In this document: one piece after another, positions 18,334 to 28,960 of the stretch
How positions within the stretch are numbered: position 1 is the first letter of the stretch
How the letters are laid out: the number at the start of each line of letters is the position of its first letter
Origin: an uncultured virus (IMG/VR IMGVR_UViG_3300021963_006528)
Taxonomy: Duplodnaviria; Heunggongvirae; Uroviricota; Caudoviricetes
DNA: 57,167 nt
IMG/VR virus record: IMGVR_UViG_3300021963_006528
Direction: 5' to 3' (one strand)
Program-made: the position numbers and the translations under genes
The notes under the pieces: model-generated
Databases searched by the model: none
Seen by the model: only the letters and a program-made list of their open reading frames with translations
What the model was told of the DNA's origin: nothing

Positions 18334-19971
18334 ATGGCTATTGATGATGGTTACTTAGGTAACTCCAGTTTAAAAAAACCTGGTACTGAAATATCGTACA
18401 CGGAAGAGCAATTAATTGAAATTGCCAAGTGTATGAATGATCCCATTTACTTTATTAGAAACTATGTTAAGATCGTTAACGTAGATCGTGGTCTTGTGCC
18501 TTTCGAAATGTGGCCGTTCCAAGAAGATATGGTGCGAGATTTCCACGACAATCGATTCTGTATTGCAAAGATGCCACGACAGGTTGGAAAGACGACCACG
18601 ACTGTTGGATACATGTTGTGGTCTGTTTTGTTCAATGACAACTATTCAATCGCAATTCTTGCCAACAAAGGCTCTCTTGCTCGTGAAATTTTAGGTAGAG
18701 TACAATATGCCTATGAATATTTACCTACTTGGATGCAACAAGGTATTTTAGTTTGGAATAGAGGTAACATTGAACTAGAAAACAAATCTAAGATATATGC
18801 ATACGCAACCTCTGGTGCTGGTGTTCGAGGCGGTACATATAACTTAGTATTCTTAGACGAGTTTGCTTTCGTACCTAATAATATTGCAGAAGAATTCTTT
18901 ACATCAACCTATCCGGTTATCTCATCTGGTCAATCAACAAAAGTTATTATTGTTTCTACACCAAATGGTTTGAATCTTTTTTATAAAATGTGGAAAGATG
19001 CCACAGAAAAAAGAAGTTTATATAAACCAGTTGAAGTTCATTGGTCTATGGTACCAGGCCGTGATCAAAAGTGGAAAGAAGAAACAATACGCAATACTTC
19101 AGAAGAACAATTCAGACAAGAGTTTGAAACAGAGTTTATTGGTTCTACCGCAACACTTATTTCTGCCGCTAAACTTAAAGCTTTATCATATGAAACTCCA
19201 ATAGAATCGTCTGATGGTTTTGATGTATATGAGTATCCACAAAAAGGTCACATGTATGTTATTACAGTAGACAGTTCAGAAGGTGTTGGTCTAGATTATT
19301 CTGCATTTTCAGTAATTGATGTTACATCTATACCTTATCGACAGGTGGCAAAATATCGAAACAATAAAATACCAACCTTAATTTACCCAACACTTATCTA
19401 CTCAGCAGGTATGAAATACAATGAGGCTTTCATACTTGCAGAAACCAATAATATTGGTCAACAGGTGGTAGACATATTACATTATGACCTTGAATATGAT
19501 AATATATTTAAGTTAGAACACCACAATATTAAAGGTCAACATATTTCAGCTGGTTTTAAAAAATCAGTTTCTTTTGGACTTAGAACAACTACTTCAGTAA
19601 AGAAAATTGGTTGTGCCAACTTTAAAGCCATGGTAGAGAGTGATAAACTAATCATTAATGACCAAGACACTTTGTTGGAACTATATACATTTTCAAGAGA
19701 TAAAGATACTTACAAAGCTGAAGAAGGCAACCATGATGATATGGCCATGACTTTGGTTATGTTTTCTTGGTTGGCCGCACAAAGTTTTTTCAAAGAAACG
19801 ACAAACGGAGATATTCGTAGGCGATTAGTTGAAGAACAAAACTTATTGGTTGAAGAAAATATTGCACCTGTAGGTATTTTTGATGATGGTATCAAAGAAG
19901 AAGTTGTTGACGATGGTAATAATAGATGGTCTTTTGTGAAAGACCGTGGGTATCCATCCTCAATTTTATAA
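18334..19971 (+). CDS. 17: Terminase large subunit gp17
   Basis: Walker A PRQVGKTT, Walker B FLDEFAF, STPNG, nuclease HDD motif. Confidence 0.95.
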   Translation: MAIDDGYLGNSSLKKPGTEISYTEEQLIEIAKCMNDPIYFIRNYVKIVNVDRGLVPFEMWPFQEDMVRDFHDNRFCIAKMPRQVGKTTTTVGYMLWSVLFNDNYSIAILANKGSLAREILGRVQYAYEYLPTWMQQGILVWNRGNIELENKSKIYAYATSGAGVRGGTYNLVFLDEFAFVPNNIAEEFFTSTYPVISSGQSTKVIIVSTPNGLNLFYKMWKDATEKRSLYKPVEVHWSMVPGRDQKWKEETIRNTSEEQFRQEFETEFIGSTATLISAAKLKALSYETPIESSDGFDVYEYPQKGHMYVITVDSSEGVGLDYSAFSVIDVTSIPYRQVAKYRNNKIPTLIYPTLIYSAGMKYNEAFILAETNNIGQQVVDILHYDLEYDNIFKLEHHNIKGQHISAGFKKSVSFGLRTTTSVKKIGCANFKAMVESDKLIINDQDTLLELYTFSRDKDTYKAEEGNHDDMAMTLVMFSWLAAQSFFKETTNGDIRRRLVEEQNLLVEENIAPVGIFDDGIKEEVVDDGNNRWSFVKDRGYPSSIL

Positions 19972-20027
19972 AAACATAAATACATCATAAAAACGCATAT
20001 CAGCCTGCAAATAAAGGAGATTAAACT

Positions 20028-21722
20028 ATGGCTTTTCAACTATCACCAGGCGTGAATGTTTCAGAAGTTGACCTTACTACAGCTATTCCTTCTGTTTCTA
20101 CTACTGTTGGTGCTTTTGCCGGAGATTTTCAATGGGGACCTGCAAATGAAATAGTAACTATTTCAAATGAAGTTCAATTGGTCGAAAGATTTGGCAAACC
20201 CGATAGTAATACATTCACCAGCTTTTTCACAGCATCAAATTTTTTACAATATTCAAATGACTTGCGAGTTGTACGTTCTATAGGTAGTGGTGCATTTAAT
20301 GCTACTACAACTGGAACTGGTGTTTTAATCGAAAATACTTCTGACTATGATGATAATCATTCTTCAGGAACAGGTTCAAATGTTTTTGGTGCAAAATATC
20401 CAGGTCTTTTAGGTAATTCCCTTAAAGTTTCTATTTGTGATTCTAATACTACACTCTTAGCTACTTGGGCATACGCTGACGATTTTGATGGTAATCCAGG
20501 TTCTTCTGATTATGTAATTAGAAATAATAGTAATGACAATTTGTCTAATGATGAAATTCATATTGTAGTTCTTGACACTACAGGTAGAATTAGTGGTACA
20601 GCTAATACTATTTTAGAAAAATTTGCTTTTCTTTCTAAAGCTTCTGATGCTAAAAACGATGACGGCTCAAGCAATTATTACAAAGATGTAATCAACAATC
20701 GTTCCAAATATATTTGGTGGTTATCACATCCATCAGAGGGCACCAATTGGGGTAGAATTGCTGGAGACAATTTGGTTTACACAAAAGTGGCTTCAACAGA
20801 CTACACTTTAAGTGGTGGTGTTACTGCTGCTCCATCTGCCGCTAACCGAAATACAGCTTATGATTTATTTAATAATCCAGATTCGGTAGATATTTCATTT
20901 ATTCTTGCTGGTGAAACTTCAGGATCATCAACAATTAGTGCTCTTTCAGCTATTGCTGACAGTAGAAAAGATTGTATGGTATTCATTTCTCCACAAAGAA
21001 GTGATGTAATAGACAATGCAGGTAGTGAAGCCACAAGTATTGAAACTTGGAGGCGTTTTACAGTATCTTCAATAGCTAGTTCATATATTGTTTGCGATTC
21101 TGCTTGGAAATATCAATTTGACAAATACAATGATGTATATCGTTGGGTACCATTAAATGGTGATATAGCTGGTCTATGTGCAAGAACAGATTTGCAACGT
21201 GATCCATGGTTCTCGCCTGCAGGTATTAATCGTGGCCAAATCAAAAATGTAATTAAACTTTCTTGGAATCCAACAACAGCACAAAGAGATACTTTATATA
21301 AAAGTGGTATCAATCCAGTTGTAACATTCCCTGGTGAAGGCACAATTCTCTATGGTGATAAAACATTCTTGACAAAACCATCCTCATTTGACCGCATCAA
21401 TGTTCGCCGTTTATTCATTGTGTTAGAAAAGGCTGTTGCTAGAGCTGCTCGTTCTTCATTATTTGAATTTAATGACGACTTTACAAGAGCTCAATTTGTT
21501 AACTTAGTTGAGCCGTTCTTGCGTGATGTTCAAGGTCGCCGTGGCATCTATGACTTCCGTGTTGTTTGTGACACTACAAATAATACAGCTGAAGTTATTG
21601 ATACAAATCGTTTTGTTGGTGACATTTACATTAAGCCTGCTCGTTCAATCAACTTCATCCAACTTAATTTCGTTGCTACCCGTACCGGCGTATCATTTGA
21701 CGAAATTGTTGGACGATTCTAA
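20028..21722 (+). CDS. 18: Tail sheath protein gp18
   Basis: LSPGVNVSEVDLT, PWFSPAG, FDRINVRRLF; CATAAATA at 19975-19982. Confidence 0.95.
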   Translation: MAFQLSPGVNVSEVDLTTAIPSVSTTVGAFAGDFQWGPANEIVTISNEVQLVERFGKPDSNTFTSFFTASNFLQYSNDLRVVRSIGSGAFNATTTGTGVLIENTSDYDDNHSSGTGSNVFGAKYPGLLGNSLKVSICDSNTTLLATWAYADDFDGNPGSSDYVIRNNSNDNLSNDEIHIVVLDTTGRISGTANTILEKFAFLSKASDAKNDDGSSNYYKDVINNRSKYIWWLSHPSEGTNWGRIAGDNLVYTKVASTDYTLSGGVTAAPSAANRNTAYDLFNNPDSVDISFILAGETSGSSTISALSAIADSRKDCMVFISPQRSDVIDNAGSEATSIETWRRFTVSSIASSYIVCDSAWKYQFDKYNDVYRWVPLNGDIAGLCARTDLQRDPWFSPAGINRGQIKNVIKLSWNPTTAQRDTLYKSGINPVVTFPGEGTILYGDKTFLTKPSSFDRINVRRLFIVLEKAVARAARSSLFEFNDDFTRAQFVNLVEPFLRDVQGRRGIYDFRVVCDTTNNTAEVIDTNRFVGDIYIKPARSINFIQLNFVATRTGVSFDEIVGRF

Positions 21723-21747
21723 TAAATAGAGAGATAGGAGAAATCAA

Positions 21748-22293
21748 ATGGCATTTAATGTAAATCAATTCCGCTCTCAGATGACTGGAGATGGTGCTCG
21801 CCCAAATTTATTTGAGGTGTCGCTACCATTTCCTAACTTTGCAGCCCCAGGAACAGCACAACAAAAAACAACATTCATGTGTCGTAGCGCACAGTTACCA
21901 GGTTCAACACTTGGTATTGTGCCTGTAAATTATTTTGGTCGTGAATTAAAATTTGTAGGCAACAGAACATTTGTCGATTGGACAATCAATGTTATTAATG
22001 ATGAAGATTTTGTTATTCGTAACGCATTTGAACGATGGATGAATGGTATAAACAGTCATTCATTGAATGTTCGTAATCCTGCAGCTCAAACACCTGTTAG
22101 TTATACTGTTGATGGTGAAGTTCGCCAATATGGTAAAGCAGGTGATACAATTAAGAAATATAAATTTATTGGTTTGTTTCCAACCGATTTGGCTCCAATT
22201 GAATTAGATTGGGGTTCAAACGATGCGATTGAAGAATTCACCGTAACTCTTTCCTACCAATGGTGGGAATCGGCTGAAGACGCTGTGGTATAA
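21748..22293 (+). CDS. 19: Tail tube protein gp19
   Basis: GARPNLFEV, GRELKFVGNRTF, IEEFTVT. Confidence 0.93.
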   Translation: MAFNVNQFRSQMTGDGARPNLFEVSLPFPNFAAPGTAQQKTTFMCRSAQLPGSTLGIVPVNYFGRELKFVGNRTFVDWTINVINDEDFVIRNAFERWMNGINSHSLNVRNPAAQTPVSYTVDGEVRQYGKAGDTIKKYKFIGLFPTDLAPIELDWGSNDAIEEFTVTLSYQWWESAEDAVV

Positions 22294-22326
22294 AAGTGGG
22301 GGATATTCCCCTACTTTTATTTTTTT
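22291..22326 (+). terminator. Rho-independent terminator after gene 19
   Basis: TAAAAGTGGGGGA-TAT-TCCCCTACTTTTA hairpin followed by a T run. Confidence 0.75.
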
Positions 22327-22340
22327 AGGATGAATGAATA

Positions 22341-23996
22341 ATGGCAATAAAACTTTTCGGTTTTACACTCGGTCAAAAAGATGTAGTTCAGGTACAAAAA
22401 CCTGAACAGGCATCTTTTGCACTTCCAACAGAAGCAATTGATGATGGTGCGGTTAACATCACTCAAAATGCCCATTACGGCACATATGTTGATTTAGAAG
22501 GTGCTGTCCGTAATGAACTAGAATTAATTACTCGTTATCGTGAAATGGCAAACCATCCAGAATTGGAGATGGCCATTGATGAAGTTGTGAATGAAGCTAT
22601 CAGTCACGACAATGACGGTACATGTCTTGATATTGTTTTAGATAAATTAAAACAACCTGAAACAATTAAGAAAAAAATTAAAGAAGAATTTGATGCAGTT
22701 CTTCGCATGATGAATTTTAATAATCTTGCAGATGACCTTTTCAAACGATGGTATATTGATGGTCGAATTTATTACCATGTTGTAGTTGATGATAAAAATC
22801 CTAAACAAGGTATACAAGAGTTACGATTTATTGACCCACGAAAAATTCGTAAGGTTCGTGAGATTCAAAAAGATAGAGATCCAAAAACTGGTGCTTCAGT
22901 TATTAAATCTATTGCCGAATATTATGTTTATAATGACAAAGGCACCACAACACAAAATTATACGGCACAAGTAAGTACTGGACTTCGTATTGCTGCTGAT
23001 GCTATTTTGAATGTTAACTCAGGTTTAATGGATGCAAAGAATACTTTTGTAATCTCTTATCTACATAAAGCCATTAAACCATTAAATCAGTTGCGTATGA
23101 TTGAAGATGCGGTTGTTATTTACCGTATTTCAAGAGCACCTGAACGCCGTATTTTTTACATCGATGTAGGTAATTTACCAAAAGGTAAAGCTGAACAATA
23201 TCTTCGTGATATTATGGTTAAGTATCGTAACAAGATGGTCTATGATGCTGAATCAGGTCAGTTGCGTGATGATCGCAAACACATGTCAATGTTAGAAGAT
23301 TTCTGGTTACCTCGCCGTGAAGGTGGTAAAGGTACCGAAATTACTACACTTCCTGCTGGTCAAAACCTTGGCCAAATGGAAGATGTTTTATACTTTAGAC
23401 AGAAGTTACTTAACTCATTAAATGTACCAATCTCTCGGTTAGAACCACAAGGTGGTGGTATGATTGGTGTTGGTCGTAGTACAGAAGTTACTCGTGATGA
23501 AGTTAAGTTTATGAAGTTTATTACTAGACTTCGCAACAAATTTACACAGTTGTTTGATTCTGCATTACAAAAACAATTGGTATTAAAAGGCATTTGTACT
23601 ACTGATGAGTGGGACGATTTTAAAGAATACATCTATTACGATTTTAGAAAAGATAATAATTTTACCGAATTAAGTGAGGTTGAACTTAATCGTGAAAGAA
23701 TCAATTTGTTAACTCTTATTGATCCTTTTGTAGGGAGATATTATTCACAGTCATGGGTTAAAAAGAATGTACTTAGAATGACCGATGATGACATTAAAAA
23801 GATAGATAAGGAACTTAAAAATGAAAGCGAAACCCTCCCAACCAGTCAGCAAGGTCCCGTTCTCGGCCAAGAAGGTGCATCACCAACAGAGTTTCCTCCC
23901 CAAGACAACACACAAGAGGACAGCTCCTCGGAGTCGGTAACACCGCAACTTGATTCTGAGGTTGAAAAATATTCATTAGGTATAAATAAGAAATAA
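22341..23996 (+). CDS. 20: Portal protein gp20
   Basis: RAPERRIFYIDVGNLPK, LEDFWLPRREGGKGTEITTLP. Confidence 0.95.
   Translation: MAIKLFGFTLGQKDVVQVQKPEQASFALPTEAIDDGAVNITQNAHYGTYVDLEGAVRNELELITRYREMANHPELEMAIDEVVNEAISHDNDGTCLDIVLDKLKQPETIKKKIKEEFDAVLRMMNFNNLADDLFKRWYIDGRIYYHVVVDDKNPKQGIQELRFIDPRKIRKVREIQKDRDPKTGASVIKSIAEYYVYNDKGTTTQNYTAQVSTGLRIAADAILNVNSGLMDAKNTFVISYLHKAIKPLNQLRMIEDAVVIYRISRAPERRIFYIDVGNLPKGKAEQYLRDIMVKYRNKMVYDAESGQLRDDRKHMSMLEDFWLPRREGGKGTEITTLPAGQNLGQMEDVLYFRQKLLNSLNVPISRLEPQGGGMIGVGRSTEVTRDEVKFMKFITRLRNKFTQLFDSALQKQLVLKGICTTDEWDDFKEYIYYDFRKDNNFTELSEVELNRERINLLTLIDPFVGRYYSQSWVKKNVLRMTDDDIKKIDKELKNESETLPTSQQGPVLGQEGASPTEFPPQDNTQEDSSSESVTPQLDSEVEKYSLGINKK
23981..23988 (+). 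promoter_or_regulatory. T4-type late promoter
   Basis: Exact TATAAATA at the end of gene 20. Confidence 0.65.
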
Positions 23997-24008
23997 TAGG
24001 AGATAATT

Positions 24009-24188
24009 ATGGAACAAATTCAAGCATTTATTAAACAAGTGAGTACAGGTCAAGCTGCTGAGGCACAAGACACTCTGAACAATCTTATTTCAGCTAAAGC
24101 TATGGAAGCTTTGGCAAACAAAAAACAAGAAATGGCATCTGGTGTTTTTAACGGCAAAGAAGCGGAATCAACAGAAGAAACTGCATGA
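24009..24188 (+). CDS. Small prohead core protein (gp67-like), 59 aa, absent from the ORF track
   Basis: AGGAG RBS, MEQIQAFIKQV...EESTEETA-type acidic tail, ATGA overlap with the next gene; position directly after the portal gene. Confidence 0.7.
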   Translation: MEQIQAFIKQVSTGQAAEAQDTLNNLISAKAMEALANKKQEMASGVFNGKEAESTEETA

Positions 24189-24967
24189 AATTTTTAAGCG
24201 ATTTTAAAAATACATCGTTAGAAGAAGCTAAAACAGACTATAGAAAGTTTGATACCTTAGTGCGTTCTGGTTTAGGTAATGCATCACAACTACAAAAAAT
24301 TCATCATGTTTTAAACAAGTTGAAAGAAGATAATCCAATATTGACTGCGGCAGAGAAAAATATTGTACAAGAGTTGTTAAATAAAATGGTAGATGTTGTT
24401 ACCAATAATAAACAAATTTTTCAACAAACTCGCCGTGCGGTAAAAGAAGGTGTAGAACAAAACGTTGTAAATTCTTCAGACTATAAGTTATCACCTTCTG
24501 GTAAAAAAATTAAAGCTCATCGTATTGTTACTTCTTCTATTAAAGAAGATAGTGAAATTATTGAAGAAGCACTAAATATAGATCCTCCTTATACTTTATT
24601 GTTAAAGAGAGAAGCAATTCGTATGTACCCAAATGGTACTAAAATTGCTTTGTATTATAGTAAAAAATTAGATAAGTATTTTTCAGTTCCGTATGATGCT
24701 AGTGCAGCTATTCAGGCTGAAGAAACAATTAAAGAATCCGTAGATGCCATTGGTCAACTACAAAAGATTAAAGACAGTCACCAAATTGGTACAGTAAACC
24801 ACAAAGATGGTTCTTCCAGTAAGGTGGATGTACAAACCGCTCATGCGGTATTAACCATTCATAAAAATTTGAATGAAGAAAATAAAAAAAAGTTTGCTGA
24901 TATGGTGGCAAGATCATCACATCACATGAAAAAAGCAGCAGATTTTTCATTTAGTAAATTAAAATGA
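24185..24967 (+). CDS. Hypothetical head-cluster protein (probable internal/core protein)
   Basis: Located in the head operon; several I/L-x-E sites (SLEEA, IIEEA, IKES). Confidence 0.55.
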   Translation: MKFLSDFKNTSLEEAKTDYRKFDTLVRSGLGNASQLQKIHHVLNKLKEDNPILTAAEKNIVQELLNKMVDVVTNNKQIFQQTRRAVKEGVEQNVVNSSDYKLSPSGKKIKAHRIVTSSIKEDSEIIEEALNIDPPYTLLLKREAIRMYPNGTKIALYYSKKLDKYFSVPYDASAAIQAEETIKESVDAIGQLQKIKDSHQIGTVNHKDGSSSKVDVQTAHAVLTIHKNLNEENKKKFADMVARSSHHMKKAADFSFSKLK

Positions 24968-25383
24968 AATTTATAGAGGCACTATCAAAAGGCAATTTAG
25001 ATGAGGCTAAGCAACATCTATTTAATCGCCTTGATGAAATTGCTAAAAGAAGATTAGAAGAAGCAAAAAATTATGTTGTAGAAGATATGTTAGAAGAAGG
25101 TAGTTCTAACATTATTAAACAAGGTAGAATTCAAAAGATTCGCCGAAGAATTAGACGAAATTCAGCAGGTCGTATTGTAGTTCAAAAGAATGTCAGACGA
25201 TCAGGTATTAAAGGTTATAGGGTTTCAGGTAATCGTGTTGTGCGTATATCTGCAACAGCAAGAATTAAAAAAGCTCGTTTATTAAAACGATCATGGAAAA
25301 CAACTAGAAGGGCAAAATTACGCCGTTCGCTATTGAAAAGAAAAATGTCAATGCGTAGGCGCACATCAATGGGAATAAAATAA
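24964..25383 (+). CDS. Prohead core protein gp68-like, very Arg/Lys-rich C-terminus
   Basis: Position between portal and gp21; basic C-terminus ending RRRTSMGIK. Confidence 0.6.
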   Translation: MKFIEALSKGNLDEAKQHLFNRLDEIAKRRLEEAKNYVVEDMLEEGSSNIIKQGRIQKIRRRIRRNSAGRIVVQKNVRRSGIKGYRVSGNRVVRISATARIKKARLLKRSWKTTRRAKLRRSLLKRKMSMRRRTSMGIK

Positions 25384-25384
25384 A

Positions 25385-25753
25385 ATGCCATACGAAATTT
25401 TAAACAGTAAGAGAAGTAAATCAATCATTCGTGTAGTGGGTAATACAGCTACACGCATTGATTTAACTGGTTTGTCGACCAATACAACAACTGAAATTAT
25501 TACTGGTGCTGCATTTACACATGTTATGTCTACTTCAGATGGATTCTGGAAAGTATATCGTGGTAACGATGCAACTGGTACTTTAGTTTTAGATTTACCA
25601 GGTGGCAATGATTATCCTTTAGCGCAATATGATATTGCATTAGCCAACACTTCTACTGCAAACATTTATGTAACAAATAGTGGTACAGGTGGTACTTTAA
25701 TTTTATCATTAAGCAAAACTGCAACTTATAATCCATCATTAACGGATCTGTAA
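25385..25753 (+). CDS. Hypothetical virion protein
   Basis: Tightly packed ORF in the head operon. Confidence 0.55.
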   Translation: MPYEILNSKRSKSIIRVVGNTATRIDLTGLSTNTTTEIITGAAFTHVMSTSDGFWKVYRGNDATGTLVLDLPGGNDYPLAQYDIALANTSTANIYVTNSGTGGTLILSLSKTATYNPSLTDL

Positions 25754-25754
25754 A

Positions 25755-26405
25755 ATGAAACTTATTAGAGAAACAGTCGAGAACGTAAAGTATCTCACAG
25801 AAGCTTCCGAAAACGGCAAAAAACATCTTTATATTGAAGGTACTTTCCTTGTAGGTGACAAAGTAAATCGTAATAACCGTATGTACAAAATGGATACTTT
25901 GCGTTCTGAAGTAGAAAGGTACAACGAAGAATATATTAAGACCAATCGTGCTCTTGGAGAACTAGGCCATCCAGACACACCTACAATTAATTTAGAGAGA
26001 GTATCTCATAAAATTGTTTCCCTTGTAGAAGATGGTGACACATTCTATGGGAAAGCATTAATTTTGGATACACCATATGGTAAAATTGTTAAAGATTTTA
26101 TCGATAATGATGTGAGTATTGGTGTTTCCTCAAGAGCTTTGGGTTCTGTAATTCAAACCAAAGAAGGTTATAATTTGGTACAAGATGATCTTAAACTTGC
26201 AACAGCAGCTGATATTGTTGCTGATCCATCTGCACCAGGTGCTTTCGTTAACGGTATTATGGAAAATAAAGAATGGATGTTTGTTGAAGGACGCTTTGTA
26301 GAAGCGGATTTTGACAAAGCAAAGAAACAAATAAAGAGTGCTTCTAAGAAACAAATAGAAGAAGTTGCTTTCAAATTGTTCGAAAATTACCTCAGAAAAC
26401 TTTAA
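25755..26405 (+). CDS. 21: Prohead protease gp21
   Basis: ALGELGHP, GVSSRALGS, DIVADPSAPGAFV. Confidence 0.95.
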   Translation: MKLIRETVENVKYLTEASENGKKHLYIEGTFLVGDKVNRNNRMYKMDTLRSEVERYNEEYIKTNRALGELGHPDTPTINLERVSHKIVSLVEDGDTFYGKALILDTPYGKIVKDFIDNDVSIGVSSRALGSVIQTKEGYNLVQDDLKLATAADIVADPSAPGAFVNGIMENKEWMFVEGRFVEADFDKAKKQIKSASKKQIEEVAFKLFENYLRKL

Positions 26406-26408
26406 TTT

Positions 26409-26416
26409 TATAAATA
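26409..26416 (+). promoter_or_regulatory. T4-type late promoter for genes 22-23
   Basis: Exact TATAAATA upstream of the AAGGAG RBS. Confidence 0.7.
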
Positions 26417-26438
26417 AGAAATCATAAGGAGATTCCTA

Positions 26439-27515
26439 ATGGCAACAAATAAACTAATGGAAGCAGCAGCTGATATTCTCGCCGGTGGCAAGAGTTCAGC
26501 CCCAGCTATGCCTCCGCAAAAATTAGAAGGTCAGATTGTAGACCTTGGTGGTCCTACACCGCAGAATTCTAAACCCGATGACAATTCGAATAAAATCGAT
26601 GCGACTAAGGCTGCAAAATCTGCAACTGCACCAACAACCAAACCATCAGATGCTTCATCGGACACACAGCTCAAAATGAAAAAAGAGGAATCCGAAGAGG
26701 TAGAAGGCGAAGAAATTATTGCTGAAGAAGAGCAAGAAGACCAAGTCATTGTTGAAAAATCACATGACAAAGAAGAAATGAAGAAGAAGATGAAAGAGGA
26801 CATTGATGCCCTTTTTGCTGACGATTCTACCATTTCTGAGGAATTCAAATCCAAAGTTTCTACAATTTTTGAAGCTCGTGTTTCCGACCGAGTAGCACAG
26901 ATTGAAGAAGAAATTGAATCCAAATATGCTGGTATGCTTGAAGAAGCTCTTGCTTCAGTTCAATCTGAATTGACAGAAAAAGTTGATGACTATCTAAACT
27001 ATGTGGTTGACCACTGGTTGGAAGATAATCAAATTGCAATTGAATCAGGTCTACGTGCTGAGATTACCGAAGAATTTATTTCTGGTCTCCGCAACCTGTT
27101 TGCAGAACATTACATCGATGTTCCATCCGAAAAAATTGATTTAGTTGATGAACTTGCTGGCAAAGTTGAAGAACTTGAAAGCAAACTCAACGAAGAAATT
27201 GAGCGTGCTGTCGATTTAAATAAACAGTTAATTGAATCACGCAAAGTTGAAATTACTCATCAAGTCTGCGAAGGTCTCACCGCAACTCAAGTTGAAAAAA
27301 TCAAATCACTCGCAGAGAGTGTTGAATTCTCCACAGAGGATGAATACAAAGAAAAACTTGAAACAATTCGTGAGAACTATTTCCCATCAGGTGTTAAAAA
27401 AGCTGATGCTGAGCAGTTACATGAGAAAATTGAAGAAGCAAATGGTGAACAAAAAGAAATCAATGATCCTTTTGTTGCCGCTGTTTCTCAAGCAATTTCC
27501 AAAACAAAATTTTAA
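26439..27515 (+). CDS. 22: Prohead scaffold protein gp22
   Basis: Acidic coiled coil; TIFEA, VDDYLNYVV..W; synteny. Confidence 0.9.
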   Translation: MATNKLMEAAADILAGGKSSAPAMPPQKLEGQIVDLGGPTPQNSKPDDNSNKIDATKAAKSATAPTTKPSDASSDTQLKMKKEESEEVEGEEIIAEEEQEDQVIVEKSHDKEEMKKKMKEDIDALFADDSTISEEFKSKVSTIFEARVSDRVAQIEEEIESKYAGMLEEALASVQSELTEKVDDYLNYVVDHWLEDNQIAIESGLRAEITEEFISGLRNLFAEHYIDVPSEKIDLVDELAGKVEELESKLNEEIERAVDLNKQLIESRKVEITHQVCEGLTATQVEKIKSLAESVEFSTEDEYKEKLETIRENYFPSGVKKADAEQLHEKIEEANGEQKEINDPFVAAVSQAISKTKF

Positions 27516-27532
27516 ACACTAAGGAGATTTAA

Positions 27533-28867
27533 ATGTATTTGTCCGAAAATCTACAAAAAAAATGGGAAGGTGTGTTAGATCATCCTGATCTGCCTGCCAT
27601 TAAAGACCCATATCGTAAAGCTGTTACAGCTGTTATTCTTGAGAACCAAGCTCAAGAAATGCAAAAGTCTGCTGGTATTTTGCATGAAACAGCTCCAGTT
27701 AACTCATTAGGTGGCACAGGCTACTCTGGTGGTTCTGCTGCTGGCGGTCCAGTTGCTGGTTTTGATCCAATTTTGATCAGCTTAGTTCGCCGTTCTTTGC
27801 CAAATCTTATCGCTTATGACCTTTGCGGTGTACAACCAATGACAGGTCCTACTGGTTTGATTTTTGCAATGCGTTCTACATACGCAACACAAAACGTTAC
27901 TGCTGGTGCAACTGAGGCTTTCTACAACGAAGCCAACACAGGTTTCTCCGGAAACAAAGGCACACAAACAGATATTAGCCTTGCTGCTAACACTGCTTTG
28001 GGTAGCCAAAACGTATTTGCTTCTTCTATGACAACTGGCCAAGCAATGGCTACCTCTGTTGCTGAAGATTTGTCTTTCAACGAAATGGCTTTCTCTATCG
28101 AGAAGGTTTCTGTAACTGCTAAGTCCCGTGCTCTGAAAGCTGAGTACTCAATGGAACTCGCACAAGACTTGAAAGCTGTTCATGGTCTTGACGCTGAAAC
28201 AGAATTGGCAAACATTCTCTCCACAGAGATTCTTGCTGAGATTAACCGTGAAGTTATCCGTACAATCTATACATCTGCTAAAGTTGGTGCTCAAGTTGGT
28301 ACAACAACTCAAGGTACTTTTGATTTGGATACAGATTCAAACGGCCGCTGGATGGTTGAAAAGATTAAAGGTTTGGCATTCCAATTAGAGCGTGAAGCAA
28401 ACGTTATTGCTAAGACAACTCGCCGTGGTAAAGGTAACGTAATGATCTGTTCTTCAGACGTTGCATCTGCCCTCGCAATGGCTGGTCTATTAGACTATCA
28501 ATCTGCTTTGAATAGCCAAATCAGCTTGACTGTAGATGACACAGGTAATACATTTGCTGGTACATTGTTTGGTCGTATCAAGGTTTATATCGACCCATAC
28601 TTTGCTGCCAACTCTACATCTGAGTTTGCTGTAATGGGTTATAAAGGTTCTAATGCATATGACGCTGGTTTGTTCTATTGCCCATATGTTCCTTTGCAAA
28701 TGGTTCGTGCAGTTGACACAAACAACTTCCAACCAAAAATTGGTTTCAAGACTCGTTATGGTCTAGTTGCCAACCCATTCGCAGAAGGTGCTACACAAGG
28801 TCTAGGTGCAATTAATGCTAAGACCAACTTGTACTACCGTGCGTTTAAGATTGCAAACTTAATGTAA
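27533..28867 (+). CDS. 23: Major capsid protein gp23
   Basis: GVQPMTGPTGLIFAMR, KSRALKAEYS.ELAQDLKAVHGLDAE, FQPKIGFKTRYG. Confidence 0.97.
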   Translation: MYLSENLQKKWEGVLDHPDLPAIKDPYRKAVTAVILENQAQEMQKSAGILHETAPVNSLGGTGYSGGSAAGGPVAGFDPILISLVRRSLPNLIAYDLCGVQPMTGPTGLIFAMRSTYATQNVTAGATEAFYNEANTGFSGNKGTQTDISLAANTALGSQNVFASSMTTGQAMATSVAEDLSFNEMAFSIEKVSVTAKSRALKAEYSMELAQDLKAVHGLDAETELANILSTEILAEINREVIRTIYTSAKVGAQVGTTTQGTFDLDTDSNGRWMVEKIKGLAFQLEREANVIAKTTRRGKGNVMICSSDVASALAMAGLLDYQSALNSQISLTVDDTGNTFAGTLFGRIKVYIDPYFAANSTSEFAVMGYKGSNAYDAGLFYCPYVPLQMVRAVDTNNFQPKIGFKTRYGLVANPFAEGATQGLGAINAKTNLYYRAFKIANLM

Positions 28868-28912
28868 TCAAAATAAGTCCTAGAATAACAATAATAAAAA
28901 AAGGACTATTCG

Positions 28913-28942
28913 AAAGAGGCATCGTAAGGTGCCTCTTTTTTT
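28913..28942 (+). terminator. Rho-independent terminator after gene 23
   Basis: AAAGAGGCATC-GTAA-GGTGCCTCTTT hairpin with T run. Confidence 0.85.
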
Positions 28943-28960
28943 ACGCCTAAATAAACCACT

